The position numbers and the translations under genes were made by a program. From Candidatus Omnitrophota bacterium (lineage in GTDB: Bacteria; Omnitrophota; Omnitrophia; Omnitrophales; Aquincolibacteriaceae): 42,429 bases of DNA. The notes below the pieces were generated by a model, which saw only the letters and a list, made by a program, of their open reading frames with translations, made no database searches and was not told the origin of the DNA. This document shows, in pieces, positions 28,065 through 38,240 of this stretch. The number at the start of each line of letters is the position of its first letter. Position 1 is the first letter of the stretch. The stretch spans positions 1 through 42,429 of the forward strand of contig CAIJDY010000107.1 in NCBI GenBank assembly GCA_903819565.1. The letters are read 5' to 3'.

Positions 28065-29261
28065 ATGACAAAACAGCCCGTTTCTTTTGATCCTCCGGGA
28101 CGTTTGAAAAAATTGCCCCCTTATCTTTTTGCGGAGATCGACCGCAAGAAACGCGAACTGGTCGCGAAGGGAAAGGACGTGATCGACCTCGGCGTGGGCG
28201 ATCCGGACATTCCTACAGCGGATTTTATTATTGAAGCCCTCAATGCCGCGGCGAAGAACCCGCGGAACCACCGTTACGCTTTGGACCAGGGTATGCCGGA
28301 GCTGCGACAGACGATCCGGGACTGGTTCCAGCACCGTTTCGGCGTGCATCTCGATCCGGACAAAGAGATCCTGCCGCTCATCGGTTCCAAAGAAGGGATC
28401 GGGCATTTGCCGCTGGCGGTGCTGGATCCCGGACAGGTGTGTTTGATCCCGGACCCGGGTTATCCGGTCTATCGTTCGGGAACCCTTTTTGCCGAAGGGA
28501 TCCCGTACACGATGCCGCTTTTGGAGAAGAACCGTTATTTTCCGGACTTTGACATCATTCCCACCGACGTGCTTCAGAACGCCAGACTTATGTTTCTGAA
28601 CTATCCGAACAATCCGACGTCCCAGGTGGCGGACAAGGCTTTTTTTGAGAAAGCGGTGGCGTTCGCGCTCAAGCACGGGATCCTGATTGCTCATGACGCG
28701 GCTTATTCTGAAATGTGCTACGAGGGGCTCAAGTCGCCGAGCATTCTGGAAGTTCATGGCGCAAAAGACACCGCGGTTGAACTTTTCTCGCTTTCCAAAA
28801 CCTACAGCATGACCGGTTGGCGTATCGGTTTCGCGGTTGGGAACGCGCAGGTCCTTGCGCTTTTGGCCAAGGTGAAGTCGAACCTGGATTCCGGGATATT
28901 TCAGGCCATTCAGATCGCCGGCATGAAGGCGCTTCAGGAGGGGCAGATGACCCTCGAAAAAAATCTGAAGATCTACCAGGAGCGCCGCGACCTTTTGGTG
29001 CAGGGCTTTCGCGATCTCGGCTGGAAGATCGAAGCGCCGAGGGCCACGTTCTATTGCTGGATTCCCGTGCCGCCGGGCTACACCTCTTCGGAACTTGCCC
29101 TGAAATTCCTGGAAGAACTCAACGTCGTGGTGACGCCGGGGAACGGTTTTGGCCCGAACGGGGAAGGGTATTTCCGCATTTCCCTGACTGTGGCGGAATC
29201 GCGGATCATGGAAGCCCTCGACCGGATCAAAAAAAGCCATCCTCATTACTGTAAATTCTAG
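28065..29261 (+). CDS. dapL: LL-diaminopimelate aminotransferase-type class I/II PLP aminotransferase
   Basis: LPPYLFAEID, DLGVGDPD, GSKEG, DPGYPVY, NYPNNPT, HDAAYSE, SLSKTYSMTGWRIG; extended -10 TGCTATAAT at 28002-28010. Confidence 0.8.
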   Translation: MTKQPVSFDPPGRLKKLPPYLFAEIDRKKRELVAKGKDVIDLGVGDPDIPTADFIIEALNAAAKNPRNHRYALDQGMPELRQTIRDWFQHRFGVHLDPDKEILPLIGSKEGIGHLPLAVLDPGQVCLIPDPGYPVYRSGTLFAEGIPYTMPLLEKNRYFPDFDIIPTDVLQNARLMFLNYPNNPTSQVADKAFFEKAVAFALKHGILIAHDAAYSEMCYEGLKSPSILEVHGAKDTAVELFSLSKTYSMTGWRIGFAVGNAQVLALLAKVKSNLDSGIFQAIQIAGMKALQEGQMTLEKNLKIYQERRDLLVQGFRDLGWKIEAPRATFYCWIPVPPGYTSSELALKFLEELNVVVTPGNGFGPNGEGYFRISLTVAESRIMEALDRIKKSHPHYCKF

Positions 29262-29339
29262 GGGCAAGTGACCCAGGACAAGGGGCCAGCGGTCAGAACA
29301 CTTTTTCGATTTTTTCTTGTCCACCGACCCGGAGTTATT

Positions 29340-29849
29340 ATGCCTATCGTCTTCATTGGTGTCGGATCGAATCTTGGCGACCGGGAAAACTTTTTCCGGA
29401 TGGCCGCCCTGGAAATTCAAAACGAGGCCGGGATCTGTGACCTGAAGTGTTCTCCGGTCTATGAAACGGAACCCGTGGGCGGGGAGGGACAGCCGCTTTA
29501 TTGGAACGCGGTGTGGAGCTTCACAACGGAACTGGTGCCGCAGGTCCTTTTGCATAAGCTTCATGATATCGAGATGAAGGCTGGCCGCCGGAGGAAGGTC
29601 CCGAACGAAGCGCGTGTTCTGGATCTCGACATCCTTTTTTACGGGGACAGCGTTTTGAAGCAAGCAGAACTCACGGTCCCTCATCCCCGGATCCCCGAAC
29701 GGGTTTTTGTGCTGGCGCCGTTTTGCGACCTGGCGCCGGAATTCGTGCACCCGGAAGTGAAAAAGAATATGCGGCAATTGCTGGAAGCGTGTCGCGCGAG
29801 CCATGGCGGTTGCGGCGGCGTCAGGCGATTAACAGACGGGAAAGGGTAG
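29340..29849 (+). CDS. folK: 2-amino-4-hydroxy-6-hydroxymethyldihydropteridine pyrophosphokinase
   Basis: FIGVGSNLGDR, SPVYETEP, IE...GR, ARVLDLDILFY, LTVPHPR, RVFVLAP; GGAG SD before ATG 29340. Confidence 0.95.
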   Translation: MPIVFIGVGSNLGDRENFFRMAALEIQNEAGICDLKCSPVYETEPVGGEGQPLYWNAVWSFTTELVPQVLLHKLHDIEMKAGRRRKVPNEARVLDLDILFYGDSVLKQAELTVPHPRIPERVFVLAPFCDLAPEFVHPEVKKNMRQLLEACRASHGGCGGVRRLTDGKG

Positions 29850-29855
29850 GTACCC

Positions 29856-30704
29856 ATGAAAATGATCCGAAGTCCCCAGCGGCTCCAGAAGATCCTCGGG
29901 AAAGAACGTCTGCGGAAAAAGACCGTCGGTTTTGTGCCGACGATGGGGGCGCTGCACGAAGGGCACTTGTCCCTCGTGAAAGCCGCGGACCGCGAGAACG
30001 ATATCACGGTGCTCAGCATTTTTGTCAACCCCTCGCAATTCGGTCCCAACGAAGATTTCTCGAAATACCCGCGCGTGCTGGGTGCGGACAAGCGGTTGCT
30101 TCGGAAGGTTAAAGTGGATTATCTTTTTTGTCCGTCGGTCCCTGCCATCTATCCCAAGGATCACGCGACCTGCGTGGCCGTCGGAGCGGAACTGGCGGAA
30201 GTCCTATGCGGAAAATTCCGTCCGGGACATTTTCAGGGCGTGGCGACCGTTGTGGCAAAACTTCTGAATATCGTGGCGCCGAGCCGTCTTTATCTGGGGG
30301 CCAAAGACTACCAGCAAGCCACGGTCATCCGGCGGCTGGTGAACGACCTGAATATGAACGTCCGGGTCCGCGTGATGCCGACGGTCCGCGAAAAAGACGG
30401 ATTGGCTATGAGCTCCCGGAACCGCTACCTGAACCCCGAGGAAAGGCGTCGCGCTCTGGCGCTGTCGCACGCGCTTTTTGAATTGCGGCGGTGCCTCCTG
30501 AAAAAGAAAGGGACGCTCGCTTCCTTAAGGACGCAAACCGTCCGGAAGCTGGAAAAGGCGGTGGACAGGGTGCAGTATTTTGAGATCGTCGATCCCGCGA
30601 CGCTCGCGCCGCTTAAAAAGATCCAGCGGAAAATGGCCGTTCTGACGGCGTGCTTTGTGGGCAAGACAAGGCTGATCGATAATGTTATAATCTCGTTTCC
30701 TTAA
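29856..30704 (+). CDS. panC: Pantoate--beta-alanine ligase
   Basis: FVPTMGALHEGHLSL, SIFVNP.QF, RPGHFQGV, KDYQQ, GLAMSSRN, TRLIDN. Confidence 0.97.
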   Translation: MKMIRSPQRLQKILGKERLRKKTVGFVPTMGALHEGHLSLVKAADRENDITVLSIFVNPSQFGPNEDFSKYPRVLGADKRLLRKVKVDYLFCPSVPAIYPKDHATCVAVGAELAEVLCGKFRPGHFQGVATVVAKLLNIVAPSRLYLGAKDYQQATVIRRLVNDLNMNVRVRVMPTVREKDGLAMSSRNRYLNPEERRRALALSHALFELRRCLLKKKGTLASLRTQTVRKLEKAVDRVQYFEIVDPATLAPLKKIQRKMAVLTACFVGKTRLIDNVIISFP

Positions 30705-30728
30705 ACCATCCGGAGGAGTCGGGCATCT

Positions 30729-31085
30729 ATGCTTAGACAAATGCTTAGCGGAAAGATCCATCGTGTGACGGTCACCGAGGCTTGCATCGATTACGAGGGA
30801 AGCGTCACGATCGACAGTTCGCTCCTGAAGGGCGCCGGGATCCTTCCTTATGAAAAAGTCCTTATTGCCAATCTCAATAACGGTTCCCGTATCGAGAGTT
30901 ACGCCATCCCGGCCCCGGAAAGGTCCGGGGTCATTTGCCTGAACGGTGGAGCGGCCAAGCACGGGAAGGCCGGGGATACGTTGATTATCATGACCTTTGG
31001 AGTGTACTCCCCCGAGGAGATTCAAAAGCACAAACCGAAGGTCGTTTACGTTGACGCCAAGAACCGCATCGTCAAAAAGAAATGA
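30729..31085 (+). CDS. panD: Aspartate 1-decarboxylase
   Basis: KIHRVTVT, YEG/SVTID self-cleavage site, NGSRIESY, ICLNGGAA. Confidence 0.96.
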   Translation: MLRQMLSGKIHRVTVTEACIDYEGSVTIDSSLLKGAGILPYEKVLIANLNNGSRIESYAIPAPERSGVICLNGGAAKHGKAGDTLIIMTFGVYSPEEIQKHKPKVVYVDAKNRIVKKK

Positions 31086-31117
31086 TCCGCACCGGTCTCT
31101 AACGATAGGATCCCTTC

Positions 31118-31930
31118 ATGAGAAAATTTAAGGTCGGCATTGTCGGTTGCGGGACGATCGGGACGGCCCTTGCCAAAGCGCTCACCAAGGGGCTCAGCTC
31201 CCGCGCGAAACTGGTCGGGGTTTGCGAAAAGGTTCCGGAGAAAGCCGAGGCCCTTTTTGAAAAGATCGGGCGGAAATTACCGCTCCTTTCGGTGGAAGCG
31301 CTCGTGAAGAAGTGTGATTACGTGATCGAAGCCGCACATCCGAAAGTGGCGCCGCGGGTTGCGCGGCTGGCCCTCAAAAACAACAAATACGTTCTGATCA
31401 TGAGCGTGGGCGGGCTTCTCGGATTTTCGTTCCAGAGATTGATCGATAAAACTTCGGGACGCCTTTATTGCCCGTCAGGCGCTATCGCGGGGATCGACGC
31501 TCTTTTGGCCGCGCAGGTGGAGGGGTTGCGCCGGGTGCGTCTTGTGACGACGAAACCTCCGCAGGCGCTTCAAGGGGCTCCTTACTTTAAAACCCATGAA
31601 TTCCCGCCGTTCAAAGGCAAAACCGGAAAGGCGCTTGTGTTCCGCGGGTCGGCCCTCGAAGCAAGCCGTGCTTTTCCGCAGAACATCAACGTGGCTGCCA
31701 TCCTCAGCTTGGCGGGGCTTGGTCCCAAACGGACGGAAGTGGAGATCTGGGCGACGAAATCCTCGAAGGTCAACAGTCACGAGGTCATTATCGAGGGGGA
31801 TTTCGGGGAGATCCGCACGATGACCCAGAATTACCCGTCCCCGCAAAATCCCAAGACCAGTTATCTGGCCATTCTTTCCGCGATCGCGACCCTCCGTAAA
31901 GCGTTCACGACTTTACGGCTCGGGACTTGA
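31118..31930 (+). CDS. nadX: L-aspartate dehydrogenase (NAD biosynthesis)
   Basis: [43 protein letters not shown]. Confidence 0.92.
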   Translation: MRKFKVGIVGCGTIGTALAKALTKGLSSRAKLVGVCEKVPEKAEALFEKIGRKLPLLSVEALVKKCDYVIEAAHPKVAPRVARLALKNNKYVLIMSVGGLLGFSFQRLIDKTSGRLYCPSGAIAGIDALLAAQVEGLRRVRLVTTKPPQALQGAPYFKTHEFPPFKGKTGKALVFRGSALEASRAFPQNINVAAILSLAGLGPKRTEVEIWATKSSKVNSHEVIIEGDFGEIRTMTQNYPSPQNPKTSYLAILSAIATLRKAFTTLRLGT

Positions 31931-31942
31931 TGGAAGAACGTT

Positions 31943-34732
31943 ATGCAGGAATTCCTTGAGGTCCGAGGCGCGCGCGAGCACAACCTCAAGAACCTCTCGC
32001 TAAAGATTCCCCGCAACAAACTGGTTGTGATTACCGGCCTTTCCGGGTCTGGGAAATCTTCCCTCGCTTTTGACACGATCTACGCGGAAGGCCAGCGGCG
32101 CTACCTCGAAAGTCTTTCTTCGTACGCGAAGCAATTTCTCGAGAAGCTCAAAAAGCCCGACGTGGACCATATTTCCGGGCTTTCTCCCGCTATCGCGATC
32201 GAACAGCGTTCGACGACGCACAATCCCCGTTCCACGGTTGCGACCGTTACGGAAATTTACGATTACATGCGCCTTCTTTTTGCCAAGGTTGGGACCGCGC
32301 ATTGTCCTTCTTGCGCGCGTCCGTTGCGGGGGCAGAAGCGCGACGAGGTCTTTCGGGAGATTCTCAGCCATTCCGGCGGCCGAGAGGTCCTGGTGCTGGC
32401 GCCGCTCGTGCGGGGTCGTAAGGGGGAATTTCAAAAGCTTTTTCAAGACTCCCTGAAAAAAGGTTTCGATCGCGCTCGCATCGACGGGACGGTCAAATTG
32501 CTCAAGCCGGAAATGAAGCTCCGGAAGTCCATACGTCACGATATCGAGATCGTGGTGGATGAATTGACTCTGGGGAAAGACGACGGGGACACGCGATTCA
32601 CGGATTCTTTGGCGTGCGCGCTGGACCTCAGTACAGGGCATGTCGCGATTCTGGAAAAAGAGGCCGGGGGTCCCGGGAAGGTCCGTTTTTTTTCCACGAC
32701 CAAGAACTGCCCTGTCTGCCAGATCAGCCTTCCGGACCTCACGCCAAACATGTTCTCTTTCAACAGCCCCTACGGCGCCTGTCCGAGCTGCAAGGGATTG
32801 GGGAAACTTTCCCAGATCTTCGCGAAGAGCCTGATCACCGCGCCGGAAAAGCCCCTGATGCAGGCCCTGAACAAAAAAGTGTTTTTTTCTTTCAATAAAT
32901 ATTTTTTTGAGGACCTTCTGCATGACCTGACGGCTAAATATAATTTTGACTGGGACACGCCGTACCGCGATTGGCCCGAAGAGGCGCGCGAAGTTTTTTT
33001 CCTGGGGGACGGGGACATCTCCGGCCTTGTGGAGGAATGGGAACGGCTTTTCCACGAAACGAATTCCGAGGAGGTCCGCAGTAAGATCCGGAAGTTCCTC
33101 CGCGAGGAGGAATGCAAGGAATGCGCCGGCAAGAGGCTTCGCAAGGAAAGCCTCGGAGTCTGGATCGAAAATAAAAATATTGCGGAGGTCACCGCCTTGC
33201 CGGTCGAAGAGGCGGTCCCGTTCTTTCAAAAACTGGAATTCCAGGACACACAGAGGATCATCGCCGAGCCCATTCTCCGGGAAGTGCGGGAGCGTCTGTC
33301 TTTCCTTCTCAATATCGGTCTGGGATATCTCACGCTGGACCGGACGGTCGCGACGCTGGCCGGCGGGGAACTCCAGCGGATACGGCTCGCGGCCCAGATA
33401 GGGCTCGGGCTGACGGGAGTCCTGTACGTTCTGGACGAACCCAGTATCGGGCTGCATCCGCGGGATAACGGGAAACTTTTGGACGCGCTGGAAAAACTTA
33501 GGGACCTCCATAATTCCGTGCTGGTGGTCGAGCACGACGAAGAAACGATCCGGCGGGCGGACTATGTGATCGATCTGGGACCGGGCGCGGGGCTTGAGGG
33601 CGGCCAGATCGTCGCGCAAGGCACGCCCGGGGAGCTTGTGAATTTTCCGGGATCTTTGACGGTCCAGTATCTTTCCGGGGCCCTTGCGATCGAAGTCCCC
33701 AAGGAACGAAAGGATCCCGAAATAGCGCGGAAGCTGCTTTTGAAGGGATGCCGCGATCACAATCTCAAGAATATCGACGCGACATTTCCCCTGGGCCTTC
33801 TGATCTGCGTGACGGGAGTGTCCGGTTCGGGGAAGAGCACGCTCGTTCATGACATTCTGTACAAAGAACTGCACAATCGCACCTGGAAGACGCAGTACAA
33901 GGTCGGAGCTTTTGATTCGCTCGAAGGTGCGGGACAGATCGATAAGGTCATCGAGATCGATCAGGCGCCGATTGGTCGCACCCCGCGCTCGAACCCGGCT
34001 ACTTACACCGATATTTTCGGTTTTATCCGCAAGCTTTACGGCGATCTCGAGCTTTCCAAATTGAGACGCTACTCGCAATCCCGCTTCAGTTTTAACGTGA
34101 GGGGCGGACGATGCGAGAACTGCCGCGGGGCCGGTTTTGAAAAACTCGAGATGAGTTTTATGCCGGACCTTTTCGTGGTTTGCGAGGCCTGCCGGGGAAG
34201 GCGCTACAACGAGCCGACGCTGGAGGTGCGGTACCGGGGAAAAAATATCGCGGAAGTGCTGGACCTTTCGGTCCGTGAGGCGATCGAGTTTTTCGATAAA
34301 CTCTCCATGATCCGGGAACGTCTCGAAGTCCTGGAGGCCGTCGGTCTGGGGTACGTGAAGCTGGGACAGTCCTCGACCACGCTTTCCGGAGGCGAGGCGC
34401 AGCGCATCAAGATCGCCGCCGAACTGATCAAAAAGGCCACCGGGAAAACGCTTTACCTGCTGGATGAGCCGACCACCGGATTGCATTTCAACGACATCCG
34501 GCATTTGCTTCAGGCGCTTTTTAACCTGCGGGCGCAGGGCAATACCGTGATCGTGATCGAGCACAATTTGGATGTGATCAAAATGGCGGATTACGTTATC
34601 GACCTTGGGCCTGAGGGCGGGAAGGATGGAGGAAGGGTCGTGGCCTGTGGGTCGCCGGAAGACATTGCCAGGGTATCAGCTTCTCATACCGGGCGGTTCC
34701 TGAGAAAAATTCTGAAGATCGATCCAGTCTAG
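31943..34732 (+). CDS. uvrA: Excinuclease ABC subunit A
   Basis: [82 protein letters not shown]. Confidence 0.98.
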   Translation: MQEFLEVRGAREHNLKNLSLKIPRNKLVVITGLSGSGKSSLAFDTIYAEGQRRYLESLSSYAKQFLEKLKKPDVDHISGLSPAIAIEQRSTTHNPRSTVATVTEIYDYMRLLFAKVGTAHCPSCARPLRGQKRDEVFREILSHSGGREVLVLAPLVRGRKGEFQKLFQDSLKKGFDRARIDGTVKLLKPEMKLRKSIRHDIEIVVDELTLGKDDGDTRFTDSLACALDLSTGHVAILEKEAGGPGKVRFFSTTKNCPVCQISLPDLTPNMFSFNSPYGACPSCKGLGKLSQIFAKSLITAPEKPLMQALNKKVFFSFNKYFFEDLLHDLTAKYNFDWDTPYRDWPEEAREVFFLGDGDISGLVEEWERLFHETNSEEVRSKIRKFLREEECKECAGKRLRKESLGVWIENKNIAEVTALPVEEAVPFFQKLEFQDTQRIIAEPILREVRERLSFLLNIGLGYLTLDRTVATLAGGELQRIRLAAQIGLGLTGVLYVLDEPSIGLHPRDNGKLLDALEKLRDLHNSVLVVEHDEETIRRADYVIDLGPGAGLEGGQIVAQGTPGELVNFPGSLTVQYLSGALAIEVPKERKDPEIARKLLLKGCRDHNLKNIDATFPLGLLICVTGVSGSGKSTLVHDILYKELHNRTWKTQYKVGAFDSLEGAGQIDKVIEIDQAPIGRTPRSNPATYTDIFGFIRKLYGDLELSKLRRYSQSRFSFNVRGGRCENCRGAGFEKLEMSFMPDLFVVCEACRGRRYNEPTLEVRYRGKNIAEVLDLSVREAIEFFDKLSMIRERLEVLEAVGLGYVKLGQSSTTLSGGEAQRIKIAAELIKKATGKTLYLLDEPTTGLHFNDIRHLLQALFNLRAQGNTVIVIEHNLDVIKMADYVIDLGPEGGKDGGRVVACGSPEDIARVSASHTGRFLRKILKIDPV

Positions 34733-34852
34733 CCCTCATGGTTGAGGATGCTCCTTCGAAGCAGGGGGAATAAAGTTCTTTTAAAGGGAATAATTCCTTG
34801 TTATATTATGAGTATAGGTTTGATAAAAATATGGCATCAAAAGGAGCCCCCC

Positions 34853-35056
34853 ATGATCATGGAAATAGGTATCGTCGCTGGTGAGATTTGGCACTATTTG
34901 GACAGCAAGCGTAGCGCAACGGTGGAAGAGCTTACCAAGGAGTTGAGAAGGCCGCGCGAACTTGTGCTTATGAGTCTAGGCTGGTTAGGCCGCGAGGGGC
35001 ACGTCACGCTGGGGACTCCTGAAAGCGGTTACGTGGCGACGTTGAACCGTAAGTAG
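34853..35056 (+). CDS. DUF2582-like winged-helix protein
   Basis: EIGIVAGEIWHYL...LGWLGREG; AAGGAG SD before ATG 34853. Confidence 0.8.
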   Translation: MIMEIGIVAGEIWHYLDSKRSATVEELTKELRRPRELVLMSLGWLGREGHVTLGTPESGYVATLNRK

Positions 35057-35070
35057 TTTCGTTTCTTCTC

Positions 35071-35385
35071 GTGAAGTATTGTTGCGTTCTTTGCACGGTA
35101 CCATCTTTGAAAAAGGCCCGCGAGATCGCGGGCCTTTTAGTTTCCGGGAAAGTTGCGGCCTGTGTTTCCATCCTGCCGGGTCTGGAGTCGCATTACCGCT
35201 GGCGGGGAAAACGGGAAACCTCAAAAGAATTTCTCCTTCTTATCAAGACCCAAGCGCCCCGCTACAAAAAGCTGGAAAAGGTTCTCCTGAAACATCATCC
35301 GTATGAAGTTCCCGAGATCCTTTGCCTGCCTATCACCCAAGGCAACGGGGCTTATCTCCGCTGGATCGATTGGGAGATCCGATGA
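35071..35385 (+). CDS. cutA: Divalent-cation tolerance protein CutA
   Basis: VLCTVP, AACV, S.YRW.G, LLLIKT, HHPYEVPEI, YLRWI. Confidence 0.95.
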   Translation: MKYCCVLCTVPSLKKAREIAGLLVSGKVAACVSILPGLESHYRWRGKRETSKEFLLLIKTQAPRYKKLEKVLLKHHPYEVPEILCLPITQGNGAYLRWIDWEIR

Positions 35386-35436
35386 TCCGTTACGGGTTAC
35401 CGGCGGTATAGTGTTATTCGCGATGTGAGACCCCGC

Positions 35437-37539
35437 ATGAAGCAAAAAAAAGATACAAAGGCGGTGAACCGGACGGTGAAGACGCTGCCGGCAGAGCCCC
35501 TGAGTTATTTTCAGTTCAAACGAGACGCTCTGACGCTCGGAATCATTCTGCTCATCGGCTTCTTGATTTATTCGAACACGTGGAAAGTTCCGTTCCACCT
35601 GGATGACCGCAAACAGATCGTTTACAACTGGTCGATCCGTAATCTTTCCCTGCAGACACTTCCCGACTTATATGCCACGAACCCGAATATGAACACGCGC
35701 TTCTTGCCGTATCTTTCCTTCGCGGCCAATTGGGCGTTGGGCGGACCGGATGTCACGGGCTACCATGCTTTTAATTTCGGGATCCATGCCTTCAATACGT
35801 TTTGGGTTTATTGTCTGATGTTCCTTATCTTGATGACGCCCAGGATGCGCGGGGTGTACTCTCCCAAAGCGGTTTATTATCTTTCTTCATTCAGCGCGCT
35901 TATCTTCATGGCCCACCCGCTCCAAACGCAGGCGGTGACCTATATCGTCCAGCGCATGGCGTCTATGGCCGCTTTTTTCTATCTGGGCGCGGTTGTTTTG
36001 TATCTGAAAGCGCGCTCCGGATCAGGGGCCTTGTATTATGGGGGCGCGATCGCGATGGGCGTGGGGGCGATGTTCTGCAAGGAAAACGCGATCACCTTGC
36101 CGTTGGCGATCATCATGATCGACATGCTTTTTTCCCAACCCAAGGACGCGAAGTGGAAAACGAGGCTGCAGTGGGCGCCTTTTTTGGCGACGGCCTTGAT
36201 CTCGCTTTATCTTAGCGGAATCCTTCAAAAGTTTTTTCATTTCCTCCCGCAAGGCGGGGGTATGGTGATGAAAGACGTGCTCCCGGATAGCGCGAAAGAG
36301 GGAGTGCTGCCCTGTGGCAAGTATTTTTTGACACAGCTAAGGGTTCTGTGCACGTACTTGCGCTTGTTCTTTTTTCCGGTGAACCAGAATTTGGATTATG
36401 ACTACCCGGTGGCCGGTTCCCTGATGGAGCCCCCAACGTTTTTTTGCGCGCTTGCGTTGATCGGGTTGATGGCGGTGGGCGTGAAATTTCTCAAGCGAAA
36501 CCGGTTGGTGTCTTTTGTGATCGGCTGGTTCTTTTTGACGCTGAGCGTGGAATCAAGCGTTATCCCCATTCACGATGTGATCTTTGAACACCGCATGTAC
36601 CTGCCGCTCGCCGGCTGCGCTGTGATCTTTCCGATGGTGATACTTTTGATGGAGAAAAAGCTGCTTTATGCGACCGCGGCCGGAGCCATCCTTGTGTCGG
36701 TGTTCTCGGTCGCGACTTATACACGCAATCGCGTGTGGGGGTCGGAAGTGTCGCTTTGGGAGGATGTGGTCAAAAAGTCTCCCAACAAGGCGAGGCCCTA
36801 TAATAATTTAGGAACGCTTCTCCTGAATGAAGGGAATGCCGGCAGGGCCCGCAAAATGTTTGAAAAGGCCACGGAACTGGACCCCCGTTTTGCGGCCGCA
36901 TTTTTCAACCTGGGTACGGTTTATGACAATAGCGGCGATGCGGATAAGGCTATGGCGTTGTACAACAAAGCTCTCGAGATCAGCCCCGAGTTTTCGGCTC
37001 CCTACAATGCCTTGGGAGCGCTGTATGGCCGGAAAGGTGATTTTGAGCAGGCTGAAAAAAATTTCGAAAAAACGATCCGGCTGGAACCGGCCAATGCGTT
37101 GGGGTACGAAAATCTGGGGGTCAATTACGTCCGTAAAGGATCTGTCGATAAGGCCATAGCAACCTTCGAAAAGGCCATCAAGGTCAATCCTGATCACGCT
37201 CAGGCTTATTGCCTCATGGGGAACGCGTTGCTCACCCGCGGGGACTGGGAGAAGGCCATGGGGTTTTATCAAAAGGCTTCCGCGCTGGATCCCAATTATC
37301 CCGAGCCTGTCCAGATGCTTGGTGAGGTTTACCTTCGGAAAATGGAATTGGAGAAGGCGGAGGGGCAGGTTCTGAAGCTCAGGAACATGAATGCTCCAAA
37401 AGTGGCCCAGACACTAGAGGATCTATTGGTCCGGGTCTTGAACGCGTCGGAGAAAAACCCCGAAGCGAGCACCGTAGTCAAGAGATCAGAAGAAGTCCCG
37501 CAGAGTGGTGGAGCCGCTATCCCGAAGGCAGGTACTTAG
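35437..37539 (+). CDS. TMTC-like GT-C protein glycosyltransferase with C-terminal TPR repeats
   Basis: FHLDD, YH.FN..IH..N, HPLQTQAVTYIVQR, KE, EHRMYLP, TYTRN.VW, then about six TPR units (PYNNLG, FFNLG, YNALG, YENLG, YCLMG). Start ATG 35437 or GTG 35425. Confidence 0.85.
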   Translation: MKQKKDTKAVNRTVKTLPAEPLSYFQFKRDALTLGIILLIGFLIYSNTWKVPFHLDDRKQIVYNWSIRNLSLQTLPDLYATNPNMNTRFLPYLSFAANWALGGPDVTGYHAFNFGIHAFNTFWVYCLMFLILMTPRMRGVYSPKAVYYLSSFSALIFMAHPLQTQAVTYIVQRMASMAAFFYLGAVVLYLKARSGSGALYYGGAIAMGVGAMFCKENAITLPLAIIMIDMLFSQPKDAKWKTRLQWAPFLATALISLYLSGILQKFFHFLPQGGGMVMKDVLPDSAKEGVLPCGKYFLTQLRVLCTYLRLFFFPVNQNLDYDYPVAGSLMEPPTFFCALALIGLMAVGVKFLKRNRLVSFVIGWFFLTLSVESSVIPIHDVIFEHRMYLPLAGCAVIFPMVILLMEKKLLYATAAGAILVSVFSVATYTRNRVWGSEVSLWEDVVKKSPNKARPYNNLGTLLLNEGNAGRARKMFEKATELDPRFAAAFFNLGTVYDNSGDADKAMALYNKALEISPEFSAPYNALGALYGRKGDFEQAEKNFEKTIRLEPANALGYENLGVNYVRKGSVDKAIATFEKAIKVNPDHAQAYCLMGNALLTRGDWEKAMGFYQKASALDPNYPEPVQMLGEVYLRKMELEKAEGQVLKLRNMNAPKVAQTLEDLLVRVLNASEKNPEASTVVKRSEEVPQSGGAAIPKAGT

Positions 37540-38093
37540 ATCTTTGAAGGTGATACGGCGATGAAAGCTTTGACGGTCTTTTGCCCTTCATTCATGAACT
37601 GGTGGGGAAGGGACGCGTCAAAATAAAGAGTTTCCTGGGACTTTAGGGCGATCTCCTGACTGTCGAGTTTGACCCTTAAATTGCCCTCCAGCACCCAAAT
37701 AAATTTTTCCACCCCGCGTTCATTGGTTTCCTTCGCGGTTTCACCGCCGCCCTGAAGCGTAAGGACCAAAGGGGTGATCTTCTTTTTGGAACTTTCCTGG
37801 GTCAAAAGCTCTACGGTCACGTCCTTGGTGTGGTGGGTGACCGCCCGGGTGTCTTTCTGGGATAAGTGTGCCACCTGGTCATAACGGGGGTCGATGCCTG
37901 TGTAAAGCTCCGAGAGTCCGATGCCGAGCGCTTCCGCGATCTTTTCATGGCATTCGACAGTTCCGATCATCGTCCCTGTCTCGATGCGGGAAAGAGTCGC
38001 CTGGGCGACCCCCGTTTTTTGGGAGATCTCCACCAAAGTCAGGCTTTTTTCTTTTCTGAGGCTGCGGATCCGTTGTCCCAAGTCTTTTAACAT
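37536..38093 (-). CDS. XRE-family HTH transcriptional regulator with C-terminal cupin domain
   Basis: LGQRIRSLRKEKSLTL, GVAQATLSRIETG, KIAEALG; cupin GVEKFIWVLEG, LYFDASLPHQF. Stop overlaps the convergent TPR gene. Confidence 0.92.
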   Translation of the reverse strand: MLKDLGQRIRSLRKEKSLTLVEISQKTGVAQATLSRIETGTMIGTVECHEKIAEALGIGLSELYTGIDPRYDQVAHLSQKDTRAVTHHTKDVTVELLTQESSKKKITPLVLTLQGGGETAKETNERGVEKFIWVLEGNLRVKLDSQEIALKSQETLYFDASLPHQFMNEGQKTVKAFIAVSPSKI

Positions 38094-38100
38094 GGACACT

Positions 38101-38128
38101 ATTTTAAGCAAAAAGAGAATACCGTCAA
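38101..38128 (-). promoter_or_regulatory. sigma70 promoter of the XRE regulator (probably leaderless mRNA)
   Basis: TTGACG-16 nt-TAAAAT, then 7 nt to ATG 38093; no SD. Confidence 0.55.
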
Positions 38129-38171
38129 GATGAATATGATGTAAATGAATAATAATATGGTTATTTTAATG

Positions 38172-38210
38172 AAATATAATATTGATAAATAATTATATTT
38201 ATGATAGGCT
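38172..38210 (+). promoter_or_regulatory. comEA promoter overlapped by an inverted repeat
   Basis: TTGATA (38182)-17 nt-TAGGCT (38205) with extended TG; IR AAATATAAT-N11-ATTATATTT (38172-38200) straddles the -35. Confidence 0.5.
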
Positions 38211-38240
38211 TTCCCTAACGTCAAACAGGGAGGTGTCAAC

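Noticed and set aside
32000-34564. 854-aa antisense ORF over uvrA (similar ones lie over dapL/folK, hisS, aspS, glyQ and glyS)
   Set aside because: Shadow frames produced by the codon bias of conserved sense genes; no motifs or start signals.
34819-34841. TTTGAT-N11-ATCAAA upstream of the DUF2582 gene, and TTGAT-N5-ATCAA at 7742, as FNR boxes
   Set aside because: FNR needs a 4-nt spacer between half-sites.
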